A stretch of 32,000 bases of DNA from Nitrososphaerota archaeon (lineage in GTDB: Archaea; Thermoproteota; Nitrososphaeria_A; Caldarchaeales; Calditenuaceae): positions 1 through 32,000 of the forward strand of contig JAVYLC010000002.1 of assembly GCA_038741355.1 (NCBI GenBank). The letters are read 5' to 3'. The notes under the pieces were generated by a model. It saw only the letters and a list, made by a program, of their open reading frames with translations. It was not told the origin of the DNA and made no database searches. The translations under genes were made by a program, and so were the position numbers. Position 1 is the first letter of the stretch; each line of letters begins with the position of its first letter. Shown here in pieces: positions 14,933-23,827 of the stretch.

Positions 14933-16513
14933 CTATTTTTCCTTCACAATCGTCTGGGCCTGCTCTCTCAGGAAGTTCAGCAGATAGTGTGGCCCACCTA
15001 CGCCTCTACCCGTAGCGCCGCTTGCCTTCCACCCCACAAACGTCTGGGCTCCAGGCCATGCTCCCGTCGTTGCGCCGCCGCGCCTATTGGCATAGCAGAC
15101 GCCGAACTGGATCTCGTCAAAGAAGTACCTGACCTCCTCCGGGTCTTCAGAGAATATCCCAGCGGTCAAACCGTATTCTGTGTCGTTCGCCATCCTCAGT
15201 GCTTCTTGGAGGGTCTTGAAGGGGCAGACCAAGAGTATGGGGAGGAAGAGCTCGTCCCTCCATAGGTGATGCTCTGCGGGCAGGTCAGCGATTATGGTGG
15301 GCTGGACATAGTAGCCGCGGTCGAAGATTCCGCCGGCCAGTACCTCGCCGCCAAACAGTATCCTCCCAGCCCTCCGAGCCTCCTCGACGTATTTCTTGAA
15401 GTTCTCGAGGGCTCGCTTATTGATGACGGGTCCCATGAATGTATCTCTCTCGCGGGGGTCTCCCACCCTCAGCCTGCTTGTCTCAGCGACCAGCCTAACA
15501 AGGAACTTGTCCATTATAGACTCTTGGACGTAGAGCCTTGAGGTAGCGGAGCACTTCTGTCCTCCATAACCGAATGCCGCCCTGATAACCCCAGTCACAG
15601 CCTTCTCTATGTCCGCCTTCTCAGTTACAATTGTGGGGTTCTTGCTCCCCATCTCAAGCACGATGGGCTTTGGATATGGCTGGCTCGTGAGGAACCTCCT
15701 ATAGAGCCTCATACCTACATCCCTCGACCCTGTGAATGCTATGCCAGCCACCTTCGTGTTGGTGGTGACCTCCTCCTCAAACACATCGCCCGGCCCAGTG
15801 ACATAGTTGATAACCCCTGGAGGCACCCCAGCATCCCTGAAGACCCAGTAGAGTAGCAGGCCCGAAAGAGGCGCCTCACTAGTAGGCTTGAACACGACTG
15901 TATTTCCTGTCAAGAGTGCTCCGAGTATCATGCCATTCGCAAGCATGAATGGAAAGTTGAAGGGGGAGATCACAACCCATGCGCCGTATGGCTTGGCCGC
16001 CATCCTGCATTCCTCTCCCGGAGCACCCGGCCCCATCTCCCTCTCATATCCTTGGTTCTTCTCCATTATGTCCGCATAGTAGCGTAGAGCGTCTATGGCC
16101 TCCCAGCACTCGGCCAGCGCCTCAAACCTATTCTTACCGACCTCGAGGCATATGACGGCCGCGATCTCGAACTTTCTCTCATCGACAATCTCAGCCGCCC
16201 TCCGCATAATAGCTACACGCTCACGCCAACTCCTTCTAAACCATTGCGCAAAAGCCTTGTCAGCAACCTCAATGGCCCTTGCGACATGCTTCCGCTCAGC
16301 CTTCTGGAACTTGCCGATAAGAATTGAGGCGTCTATCGGGGACCTGTCCTCGAACTCACCCGCCTCTGACCACGCCTCCTCGCCCCCGATATACATTGGA
16401 TGGCTCTTGCCAAGTTTCTTGGCCGTGACTTCCCTGAGAGCCTCCTCGAAGGCTGGGTGTATGCTCGGATCACTCATCAGGGTTACATATGTTATTTTGG
16501 CTCCACTAGACAT
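14933..16513 (-). CDS. aldehyde dehydrogenase family, 1-pyrroline-5-carboxylate dehydrogenase-like
   Basis: 526 aa with the catalytic Glu context LEMGSKNP, the Cys context GQKCSATSR, and FTGS. Confidence 0.8.
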   Translation of the reverse strand: MSSGAKITYVTLMSDPSIHPAFEEALREVTAKKLGKSHPMYIGGEEAWSEAGEFEDRSPIDASILIGKFQKAERKHVARAIEVADKAFAQWFRRSWRERVAIMRRAAEIVDERKFEIAAVICLEVGKNRFEALAECWEAIDALRYYADIMEKNQGYEREMGPGAPGEECRMAAKPYGAWVVISPFNFPFMLANGMILGALLTGNTVVFKPTSEAPLSGLLLYWVFRDAGVPPGVINYVTGPGDVFEEEVTTNTKVAGIAFTGSRDVGMRLYRRFLTSQPYPKPIVLEMGSKNPTIVTEKADIEKAVTGVIRAAFGYGGQKCSATSRLYVQESIMDKFLVRLVAETSRLRVGDPRERDTFMGPVINKRALENFKKYVEEARRAGRILFGGEVLAGGIFDRGYYVQPTIIADLPAEHHLWRDELFLPILLVCPFKTLQEALRMANDTEYGLTAGIFSEDPEEVRYFFDEIQFGVCYANRRGGATTGAWPGAQTFVGWKASGATGRGVGGPHYLLNFLREQAQTIVKEK

Positions 16514-16613
16514 CGGATTTCAATGGGTTAGAGTCTCGTAAAAGGGTTACGGATATCCCCGAGCTACTCGCTATACCGCATCCTTATTAACCTGAAAGCC
16601 CCCAAAAAACTTG

Positions 16614-18002
16614 ATGGCTCCTATCAAGTTAGCAGTTATAGGTGCTGGAAGCGCCGTCTGGTCTATCAGACTGATAGGTGACTTATGCGTCACTAAGGAT
16701 CTCTGGGGGTCGACAATAGCTCTGATGGATATCGACAAGAGGAGGCTTAGCGTAGTCTACGAGCTCGCTAAGAGGTATGCAAAGGAGACAGGTGCAGACT
16801 ATAAGTTTATACATACAGACAATAGGGGTGAGGCGCTTAAGGATGCTGATTTCGTGATTAACGCAGCTCTTGCGGGAGGCCACCACAACTACGAGGTCCA
16901 GAGGAAAGTAGCTGAAGAGCAAGGTTACTACAGGGGCATCGATGCAGTAGATCATAACATGGTCTCGGACTACCACGTCTTCGGCGGGTACAACCAGTTC
17001 AAACTCTTCACCGACATTCTACTGGACATGGAGCGGCTCTGCTCGGACGCTTGGCTCATCAACATCGCCAACCCCCTATTCGAGCTATGCACACTCGGAA
17101 CACGAATTTCCAAGATAAAGATAGTGGGGCTGTGCCACGGCCACCTGGGGTATAGAGAGCTGGCCTCGGCCCTTGGGCTTGACTATAGGCGCGTCACATT
17201 CGAGGCGCCCGGCATCAACCACTGCATCTGGCTGACAGACTTTAGGTATGAGGGAGAAAACGCATACCCACTAATTGATGAGTGGATAGAGAAGTATGCG
17301 GAGGAGTATTGGCGTAACTGGAAGCCAGAGTTCTGGGAGACGCAGATGTCTCCAGCATCTGTTGACATGTACCGGAGATACGGGCTCTTCCCTATAGGCG
17401 ACACCACCCGGAGCGGGGGCTGGAAATACCACTACAACCTTGAGACAAAGAAGAGGTGGTATGGACATTTAGGAGGATTCGACTCTGAGCTAGGGTGGGA
17501 AGCCTACCTCTCATACCTTCGAAAACGACTGGAGAGGCTTGAGGAGATTGCCTCAGACCCGTCCAAATCAATCACAGAGGAAGTTCCGCCAGTGCTCAGC
17601 GACGAGTCTGTAGTCCCAGTAATAAACTCGATACATAGCGACAAGGAGGCGATTTACCAGGTGAACGTGCCTAACAATGGCGTCATCCCTGGGATCCCCC
17701 ATAACGTGGTGGTGGAGGCTCCAGCGGCAGTTTCTGCCAAGGGTGTTAGGCCGGTGCAGGTTACCCCTCTGCCTAAGAGGGTAGTGGAGATGGTGATCAA
17801 GCTGAGGATATTCAGGATGGAGCTTGGGGTTGAGGCCTTCCTAACCGGTGATAGAGATGTTCTGATTGAGGAGCTGCTCAGCGACCCGAGGACGAAAAGC
17901 CTAGAGCAGGCCGAGAGGGTGCTGGACGCCATAATGAGTCTTGAATTTAACAGGGAGATGGCTGAGCACTACAGGAGGAAAGGGAAGGAGCTCGCGGTTT
18001 AG
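16614..18002 (+). CDS. glycoside hydrolase family 4 (NAD/Mn-dependent alpha-glucosidase-like)
   Basis: N-terminal Rossmann KLAVIGAGSAVWS, then NIANP and the VGLCHG signature. The ATG at 16614 directly follows the TTG at 16611. Confidence 0.85.
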   Translation: MAPIKLAVIGAGSAVWSIRLIGDLCVTKDLWGSTIALMDIDKRRLSVVYELAKRYAKETGADYKFIHTDNRGEALKDADFVINAALAGGHHNYEVQRKVAEEQGYYRGIDAVDHNMVSDYHVFGGYNQFKLFTDILLDMERLCSDAWLINIANPLFELCTLGTRISKIKIVGLCHGHLGYRELASALGLDYRRVTFEAPGINHCIWLTDFRYEGENAYPLIDEWIEKYAEEYWRNWKPEFWETQMSPASVDMYRRYGLFPIGDTTRSGGWKYHYNLETKKRWYGHLGGFDSELGWEAYLSYLRKRLERLEEIASDPSKSITEEVPPVLSDESVVPVINSIHSDKEAIYQVNVPNNGVIPGIPHNVVVEAPAAVSAKGVRPVQVTPLPKRVVEMVIKLRIFRMELGVEAFLTGDRDVLIEELLSDPRTKSLEQAERVLDAIMSLEFNREMAEHYRRKGKELAV

Positions 18003-18006
18003 AGCA

Positions 18007-18600
18007 CTACCACTCCATAGGCCTCCTCGAAAGTATCTCAGCACCGATGTGGACATTGTCTATGTGTTTGGATAGCTCGTGCGTCGTTCTGAATCTGGCG
18101 CCGCAGTAGGGGCATGAGATAACTTCCTTCTCAACCTCCGGCAGGATTGATGTTCTAGTGGTTAGTCCTCCTACCAGGGCCATTAGGGTCAAAACGCCCA
18201 AGACCTTTTTCCTATCCACGACAACTAGCCGCCTAACCTGTCTAGAAGCCATGAGAGCAATTGCCTCGCTCAGCTTAGCCTTCGGGCTAATCGTTATGAG
18301 TGGTGAAGACATGATCTCCTTTATCTTCGTGTTATTTGGATCGCGCCCCTCGGCTACAACTCTGTAGAGGATGTCACGCTCAGTCACTATGCCGACGGGG
18401 TAGCCTTCTCGAGCGACTAGGACGCTTGTATGTCCATGCGATCTCATCTCTAATGCGACCTCCTTTACGGTGGCCTCCTCCTTAACGACGATAAAGTCAG
18501 TTGTCATATACTTCTCGACTGGCTCGTTTAGCGCTTCCCAGTCCCGCACATGTTGTTGTCCGATACGGTTTAATATCAGCATTACTTTTGCGGCTGCCAT
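18007..18600 (-). CDS. CBS-domain pair protein with C-terminal classical C2H2 zinc finger
   Basis: 197 aa. Two CBS motifs (..VGIVTERDIL.., ..LGVLTLMALV) are followed by CPYCGARFRTTHELSKHIDNVH, which reads C-X2-C-X3-F-X5-L-X2-H-X4-H. Confidence 0.8.
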   Translation of the reverse strand: MAAAKVMLILNRIGQQHVRDWEALNEPVEKYMTTDFIVVKEEATVKEVALEMRSHGHTSVLVAREGYPVGIVTERDILYRVVAEGRDPNNTKIKEIMSSPLITISPKAKLSEAIALMASRQVRRLVVVDRKKVLGVLTLMALVGGLTTRTSILPEVEKEVISCPYCGARFRTTHELSKHIDNVHIGAEILSRRPMEW

Positions 18601-19264
18601 GAGGAGGGTGGCCGTCAGCTGGAGTGGTGGAAAAGACTCTGCAATGGCATTTCACACACTGGCAAAACAGGTAAATCTACAGGCCGACACCCTACTTACC
18701 ACGTATAACGAGTCAAACAATAGGGCCAGCATGCATGGTGTCAGGCTGGAGCTCATAGAGAGGCAGGCTGAGAGTCTGGGGGCCAGGCTCTTAAAAGTCC
18801 CCCTACCCCCATATTGCAACAACGAGACGTATTCGGAGAGGATGAATGCGGCCCTTAAAGCCCTAGAAGCGGAGGGCGTGAAGGAGATAGTCTTCGGCGA
18901 CATCTTTTTAGAGGATGTACGCAGGTTCAGGGAGGAGAATCTTGCTAGGGTAAATTTCCGCGGCATCTTCCCGCTCTGGGGTAGAGATACCTGGGAGCTA
19001 GCGGGTGAATTTCTTAGACTCGGATTTAAGGCAATCATATGTTGCGTTGACACTCAGCAAGCCCCGGCGGACCTAATAGGCCTCGAGTATAGCTGGCAAC
19101 TCCTAGACAGGCTGCCAAGCGGTGTAGATCCCTGCGGAGAGAGGGGGGAGTTCCACACATTCGTATACGACGGGCCAATTTTCTCGGAGCCGATACGGGT
19201 TGAGAGGGGAGAGACCGTCCTGCGGGAAAACAGGTTTCTCTTTATAGACCTACTCCCCTACTAA
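18599..19264 (+). CDS. Dph6-related N-type ATP pyrophosphatase (MJ0570/COG2102-like)
   Basis: MRRVAVSWSGGKDSAMAF carries the SGGKDS PP-loop, and FGDIFLEDVRRFRE..FPLWG follows. The ORF track begins at 18470, but that extension is antisense to the CBS gene. The ATG at 18599 precedes the conserved N-terminus. Confidence 0.75.
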   Translation: MRRVAVSWSGGKDSAMAFHTLAKQVNLQADTLLTTYNESNNRASMHGVRLELIERQAESLGARLLKVPLPPYCNNETYSERMNAALKALEAEGVKEIVFGDIFLEDVRRFREENLARVNFRGIFPLWGRDTWELAGEFLRLGFKAIICCVDTQQAPADLIGLEYSWQLLDRLPSGVDPCGERGEFHTFVYDGPIFSEPIRVERGETVLRENRFLFIDLLPY

Positions 19265-19277
19265 GTGTGGATGTGTC

Positions 19278-19832
19278 TTGAGCGTTGAGAGAATAAACTC
19301 GGTTCTGAAGGAGATTGAGCGGCGTGTCAATAGTGGATACTGGTTTCCCATAATAGGGCCTGTGAAGGGAGAGCTACTCTATGCCTTTACCCTCCTGGCC
19401 CGGCCGCTTCGTGTCCTCGAGCTGGGAACGGGTATCGGATACTCCGGGCTACAGATTGCGCGGGCGCTGAGGCCGGGAGCGAGGATAGTGACAGTAGATG
19501 CGGACAAGGAGAACGCGGATGAGGCTCTAGCCAACTTTAGGAGGGCTGGGGTAGAGGATCTATTAACGGTGGTTGTGGGTGAGGCAGGTAGATTCCTTCA
19601 GGGTGACAACTCCCTCTATGATATGATTTTCGTGGACATCGAGAAGTCGCGCTACCTCGACCTGCTGGAAGACTGTATTTCAAGGCTCAGACCAAATGGG
19701 ATACTAGTCGCTGATAACGTGCTACGGCCAGAGCTCCGGAAATTTCGTCAGGCCATTGTGACACATCCACAACTAGCCTCTGCAATAATTCATATTGAGG
19801 ACGGCGTCTCACTGAGCGTTAAGAAGGCCTAA
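19278..19832 (+). CDS. class I SAM-dependent O-methyltransferase (family 3, YrrM/CCoAOMT-like)
   Basis: 184 aa with SAM motif I VLELGTGIGYSG, IVTVD and DMIFVD. TTG start 13 nt after the previous gene. Confidence 0.75.
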   Translation: MSVERINSVLKEIERRVNSGYWFPIIGPVKGELLYAFTLLARPLRVLELGTGIGYSGLQIARALRPGARIVTVDADKENADEALANFRRAGVEDLLTVVVGEAGRFLQGDNSLYDMIFVDIEKSRYLDLLEDCISRLRPNGILVADNVLRPELRKFRQAIVTHPQLASAIIHIEDGVSLSVKKA

Positions 19833-20711
19833 AACCGACTCGATCATAACTGCTAGAAAAAGGATGGCTAGGTAGGGGCTGGTGAACTTGAATAGAATCC
19901 AAGCGCTCCTTTGGCTCGGTTTCCGGAGAACCGTTATGGAGAGAGCTAAGAGAGAGGCTCCAATTATCGCCGCTGTGGCCAAGTAGGGCCCCCTGAGGAA
20001 TCTCCCGTCGAATACTGGCAAGAGGAGTGAGGAGATAAGCAACAATATGACCGTCCCCGCTATGCATCTGATAGCAATCCTCTCAGGGACGACTGTGGGT
20101 AGCATCGGTATCCCAGCCCTGATGTAGTCTTCCTTGTACTTTAGGGCAAGGCTCCAGACATGGCTTGGAATCCACAGAATCACCAGTAGGCCGAGAATTA
20201 ACGCGGAGATGTCTATGAAACCGCTTGCGCCGGCGTATCCAACTAGGACTGGGGCGGCGCCCGCGGGGCTTCCGAGTATGATGTTCCAGGCCGTCCTTCG
20301 CTTCGTCAGGACCACGTAGACTAGGATGTAGTCGAGTATTCCTAGAAGCATGGCGAGGAGGGCTGTGAGGTTGAGTAGGAGGGCTGAGATCGCTAGGGAA
20401 GCGGATATGAGCACGAGGCCGAGTATCAATGCTTTTTCAGGTGGTTGAATCAGTCCCCTCGGCAGGGGCCTTCTCCTTGTCCTCTCCATAAGCGCATCTA
20501 CATCCCTCTCAAGATAGTTTGCTACACTCTCGGCACCCGCCGATCCACACGCCAAACCCAGGGCCGAGGCCAATAGTGTCACAGGATTTATGGAATCTCT
20601 CAAACCTGCGAGATACCCTGCTAGGCCTACAAAGACTAGGAGCCACCACACATTAGGCTTTGTTAGGCTGAAATATGTGTGGATTGTCTCTGTGATCGTT
20701 AGAGTCCTCAA
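19809..20711 (-). CDS. ctaB: protoheme IX farnesyltransferase (heme O synthase), UbiA family
   Basis: 300 aa, polytopic, with the signature NYLERDVDALMERTRRRPLP. Confidence 0.85.
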   Translation of the reverse strand: MRTLTITETIHTYFSLTKPNVWWLLVFVGLAGYLAGLRDSINPVTLLASALGLACGSAGAESVANYLERDVDALMERTRRRPLPRGLIQPPEKALILGLVLISASLAISALLLNLTALLAMLLGILDYILVYVVLTKRRTAWNIILGSPAGAAPVLVGYAGASGFIDISALILGLLVILWIPSHVWSLALKYKEDYIRAGIPMLPTVVPERIAIRCIAGTVILLLISSLLLPVFDGRFLRGPYLATAAIIGASLLALSITVLRKPSQRSAWILFKFTSPYLAILFLAVMIESVLGLLNAQ

Positions 20712-20828
20712 TACTTGGGCACCATTGTGATTTAGTGCTAAGCCACTATTTATCTCGTCTCAATCAACATTTAGTGTAATGCGTCATCATCAAAGTTAAA
20801 TGCTGCGCGGGGGGCGGTTGTTTTAGAA

Positions 20829-21986
20829 GTGTCACGTAGTCAAGTCGTAGTTGGTCAAACAGCGAGGCTTTGGGCATCCTTTCTCTGCTATACCATATCC
20901 ACATCCATGACAGGTCCTCTAATAGGGCTCTATGCTTATAGGCTCGGCGCCTCGTCAAGCGAGATTGGAGTGATATATGGCATCGCCGCTCTTACAACCT
21001 TTCTCACTAGGCTGCCCTTAGCCTCTCTACAGCAGAGACTGGGTTCTAAATCACTAATTAGGGCCGGTGTGATTACCAATTCTACTTCCCTGCTGCTCTA
21101 TGCGTTCTCACCTTCGATACCTTACATGTATATCGCTAGTGGGCTCCGAGGAGTTGGCTTCGCAAGTTTTCACCCCCCAGCCCTTTCGGAGGCCGTTAGG
21201 CTGTCAGGCAACAACCAGCGGCTTGGATGGGTCATGACGGCTCCACCATTAGGGATGACCCTAGGTCCACTTCTATCCTCCACGCTACTGACACTTCTAG
21301 GCGCTCGCCTCGAATATAGCCTAACCTACAGCTCCGCATTCATGATTGCAACCGCTCTATCCGCGATCGCATTCTTCGCCCCCTCCGGTGGCGATGACAC
21401 ACACGTCGGTCACCCGGCGCGTATGGGCGAACTTTCTAAGCTCTTGAGCAGGGATATGGTACTGCTGGTCAGCTCGAGGTTCTTGCTCAGCTACGTGGTT
21501 GGCGCAGTCACAGCGATGCTTCCAATCTACTTGGTGGAGAAATCGATTATGTCCGAACCAGAGGTACCTCTGCTTTTTGCATGGGCCTCGATGTTCAATG
21601 TTCTTGGAAGGCCGCTCTCATCGCTCCTAAAGTCTCCAACCCGCGGGATGATGGCGAGCTCTATACTCATCACAGTGGTGGGCATTCTTTTCCTAAGCCC
21701 AGCCTTGCCGACACTATTTGCCGGTATGGCCCTCTATGGTCTCTCCCTCGGCCTCTTTATACCCTCAAGCCTCCTTGTTGTCCAATCGCTGATAGGGGAC
21801 TCTTCCCTAACCATGGGGATAGCCATCTTAACCTTAGCGATCGACATAGGCGCCAGCTCGGGTAGCTTTGGTACAGGCGTCTTGAAAGAGTGGGTCGAGA
21901 CAGAGTGGATTCTCAGCATCTCCGCGGTTTTAGCCGGTGTAGGTTCCCTCCTCCTCATGAGGCGATTTATGCCGGATAGGGATTGA
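20829..21986 (+). CDS. MFS transporter
   Basis: 385 aa with ~10-12 predicted TM segments and an MFS-like loop after TM2. The GTG start is uncertain. Confidence 0.7.
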   Translation: MSRSQVVVGQTARLWASFLCYTISTSMTGPLIGLYAYRLGASSSEIGVIYGIAALTTFLTRLPLASLQQRLGSKSLIRAGVITNSTSLLLYAFSPSIPYMYIASGLRGVGFASFHPPALSEAVRLSGNNQRLGWVMTAPPLGMTLGPLLSSTLLTLLGARLEYSLTYSSAFMIATALSAIAFFAPSGGDDTHVGHPARMGELSKLLSRDMVLLVSSRFLLSYVVGAVTAMLPIYLVEKSIMSEPEVPLLFAWASMFNVLGRPLSSLLKSPTRGMMASSILITVVGILFLSPALPTLFAGMALYGLSLGLFIPSSLLVVQSLIGDSSLTMGIAILTLAIDIGASSGSFGTGVLKEWVETEWILSISAVLAGVGSLLLMRRFMPDRD

Positions 21987-22046
21987 GGCTTAATTATACG
22001 CTAGACAAAGCTAAAAGCCAGTAACCACTTCGTCTAGCCTGAGCCC

Positions 22047-22310
22047 TTGGAGCCCGATGAGGTCATATACCTTATACGCATAGTGCTTGCCCTAGCTGTA
22101 GGACTCGTTTCAGGAACCTTGCCTATCTACTGGCTTTACTCTGTCCTGCTTGGAATCGGAGTTTACGCCCTGTCTATTCCGCTGGTTATAGCGCTATACA
22201 GCGGCTCCAGCTTTTTATCTAGGCGGTCTGCTGTGACATCGGGGATGGCTGCCTATGCATTTATCTGGCTTATGGTTTGGGTGCTCTTCTATAATCTCTC
22301 ATTATTTTAA
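22047..22310 (+). CDS. small integral membrane protein, uncharacterized
   Basis: 87 aa with 3 hydrophobic segments. TTG start. No family recognised. Confidence 0.45.
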   Translation: MEPDEVIYLIRIVLALAVGLVSGTLPIYWLYSVLLGIGVYALSIPLVIALYSGSSFLSRRSAVTSGMAAYAFIWLMVWVLFYNLSLF

Positions 22311-22693
22311 CTAGCCTCTTGCTGGTTCTCTGACTTCAGCCGATGTGGCGTCGGGAGATTTTTAATATTCTTCAATATGAATGACCAAACCTCAAAATAG
22401 TTGTCAGAACCTAGGTTCAGCAGTTTGAGATGCTGCTCCAAAGCCTCTAAAACTTCTTTAGCACTTCTCTTGGGGTCTGGATCCATAAAGACGCGATAAA
22501 TTAGTGAGTCCCGGTCATCAAGCTGGTAAGCGTTAAGCAGACCACGTAGGGCGTGTATGACGCGCTTTTCCTCAGGGGTCTTAAACTTCTTCTCCATCCT
22601 CTCCAAACTCCTCTCGGCCTCGGCGAACCTCCCAGCCAAGAGAGAGTTCATGAAGTTTAGTATCCCCTTTCCCATATGAGATGTGCTAGCCAT
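22307..22693 (-). CDS. uncharacterized all-helical protein co-transcribed with radA
   Basis: 128-aa ATG ORF starting 7 nt after the radA stop on the same strand. No motif recognised. Confidence 0.6.
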   Translation of the reverse strand: MASTSHMGKGILNFMNSLLAGRFAEAERSLERMEKKFKTPEEKRVIHALRGLLNAYQLDDRDSLIYRVFMDPDPKRSAKEVLEALEQHLKLLNLGSDNYFEVWSFILKNIKNLPTPHRLKSENQQEAS

Positions 22694-22700
22694 CTTCTAT

Positions 22701-23726
22701 CTACCTCGATTTAACCTCAGCCTCCTCGGCGTCCTCTATTCCATTCTCTGTGATTTTTATAATTACTTCACCCTCAGGCAGGTGTGGGCTGGAGACAAGC
22801 CGCACGATCCTCACATTCTTGCCTGCCGTTTTTCTTATGAAGATTCTCATGTGGCTTGTGTGGCCAACTATATGTCCACCGACGGGTGAGACAGCGTTAA
22901 ATGAGAAGAACTCGTCGGGCCGTGCCATGACCTGGTTAGTTACGACGGCTGCGAGGTTAAATGCGCGGGAGAGCCTGAGGAGCCGGTGCATGTGTTTGTT
23001 CAGCTTTTGCTGACGCTCCGCCAACATCTCTCTTCCGATATACTCGCTCCTGAAGTGGGCTGTGAGGGAGTCAATAATTACGAGCTTCACGTTATGCTCC
23101 TTGATTATCCTATCTGCCTTCTCGAGTAGCAGTATCTGGTGGTCGGAGTTGTATGCCTCGGCGTAGATGATCTTCTCAGCAACGCTGTCAAAATCAAGAC
23201 CCAAGTGTTTAGCCATCTGCTCTATCCGTTCTATCCTGAATGTGTTTTCGGTGTCGATGTAGAGTGCCGCCCCCTCTAGGCCGCCCCTCTCATAGGGGAG
23301 CTGGACATTAACAGCTAACTGATGGCAAATCTGGCTTTTACCTGAACCAAACTCTCCGAAGAACTCCGTGATGGCCTGGGTCTCAATCCCACCCCCCAGG
23401 AGACTATCAAGAGCCCTACTACCAGTTGTGAGGTGTCTTACGTTGCTTTTGAGAGATGCGAGCTCTTTCGCCGTCACCCAAGATATCTCGATAGACTTTC
23501 TGGCCAGGTCTATCAACTCTAAAGCCCTCTTCTCACCTATACCTGCCGCCTCTAGCTCAGCAACTGTAGCAGTCGCCAAGGCCTCAATAGTGGAGCAGCC
23601 TATCTCCCTCAGCCTCTCGACCGTCGCAGGCCCTACACCTGGAAGCTCCGAGATGTCACTATACCTCTTCTCCCCCTCCTTCCCCCTCTCCCTCTGAGGC
23701 ATCCCCAAGTCTAGGCTGGGCTCCAA
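22701..23726 (-). CDS. radA: DNA repair and recombination protein RadA
   Basis: N-terminal HhH ([12 protein letters not shown]), Walker [10 protein letters not shown], and [11 protein letters not shown]. Overall the archaeal RadA pattern. The ATG at 23702 fits the TATA-like box at ~23735-23748 better than the TTG at 23726. Confidence 0.95.
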   Translation of the reverse strand: MEPSLDLGMPQRERGKEGEKRYSDISELPGVGPATVERLREIGCSTIEALATATVAELEAAGIGEKRALELIDLARKSIEISWVTAKELASLKSNVRHLTTGSRALDSLLGGGIETQAITEFFGEFGSGKSQICHQLAVNVQLPYERGGLEGAALYIDTENTFRIERIEQMAKHLGLDFDSVAEKIIYAEAYNSDHQILLLEKADRIIKEHNVKLVIIDSLTAHFRSEYIGREMLAERQQKLNKHMHRLLRLSRAFNLAAVVTNQVMARPDEFFSFNAVSPVGGHIVGHTSHMRIFIRKTAGKNVRIVRLVSSPHLPEGEVIIKITENGIEDAEEAEVKSR

Positions 23727-23827
23727 CCCTTATAAAAATAAGTGCCCTGAAAATCCGGCTTAAAACTAGGGATGAAGGGGCAAAATTTTATACCTAAGCC
23801 TGTTTAGGAGTGTTTCAGCGCAGAAGG

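Noticed and set aside
14987-16541. Several 90-150-aa plus-strand ORFs inside the aldehyde dehydrogenase gene; similar cases occur at 9230-9607, 12121-12610, 23368-23697 and 26183-26620
   Set aside because: They are antisense or alternative-frame shadows of well-supported genes in GC-rich coding sequence. Their composition is Ser/Pro/Arg-rich and they have no motifs.
18470-18598. N-terminal 43-aa extension of the Dph6-related ORF
   Set aside because: It is entirely antisense to the CBS gene, and the conserved PP-loop N-terminus begins right at the internal ATG at 18599.
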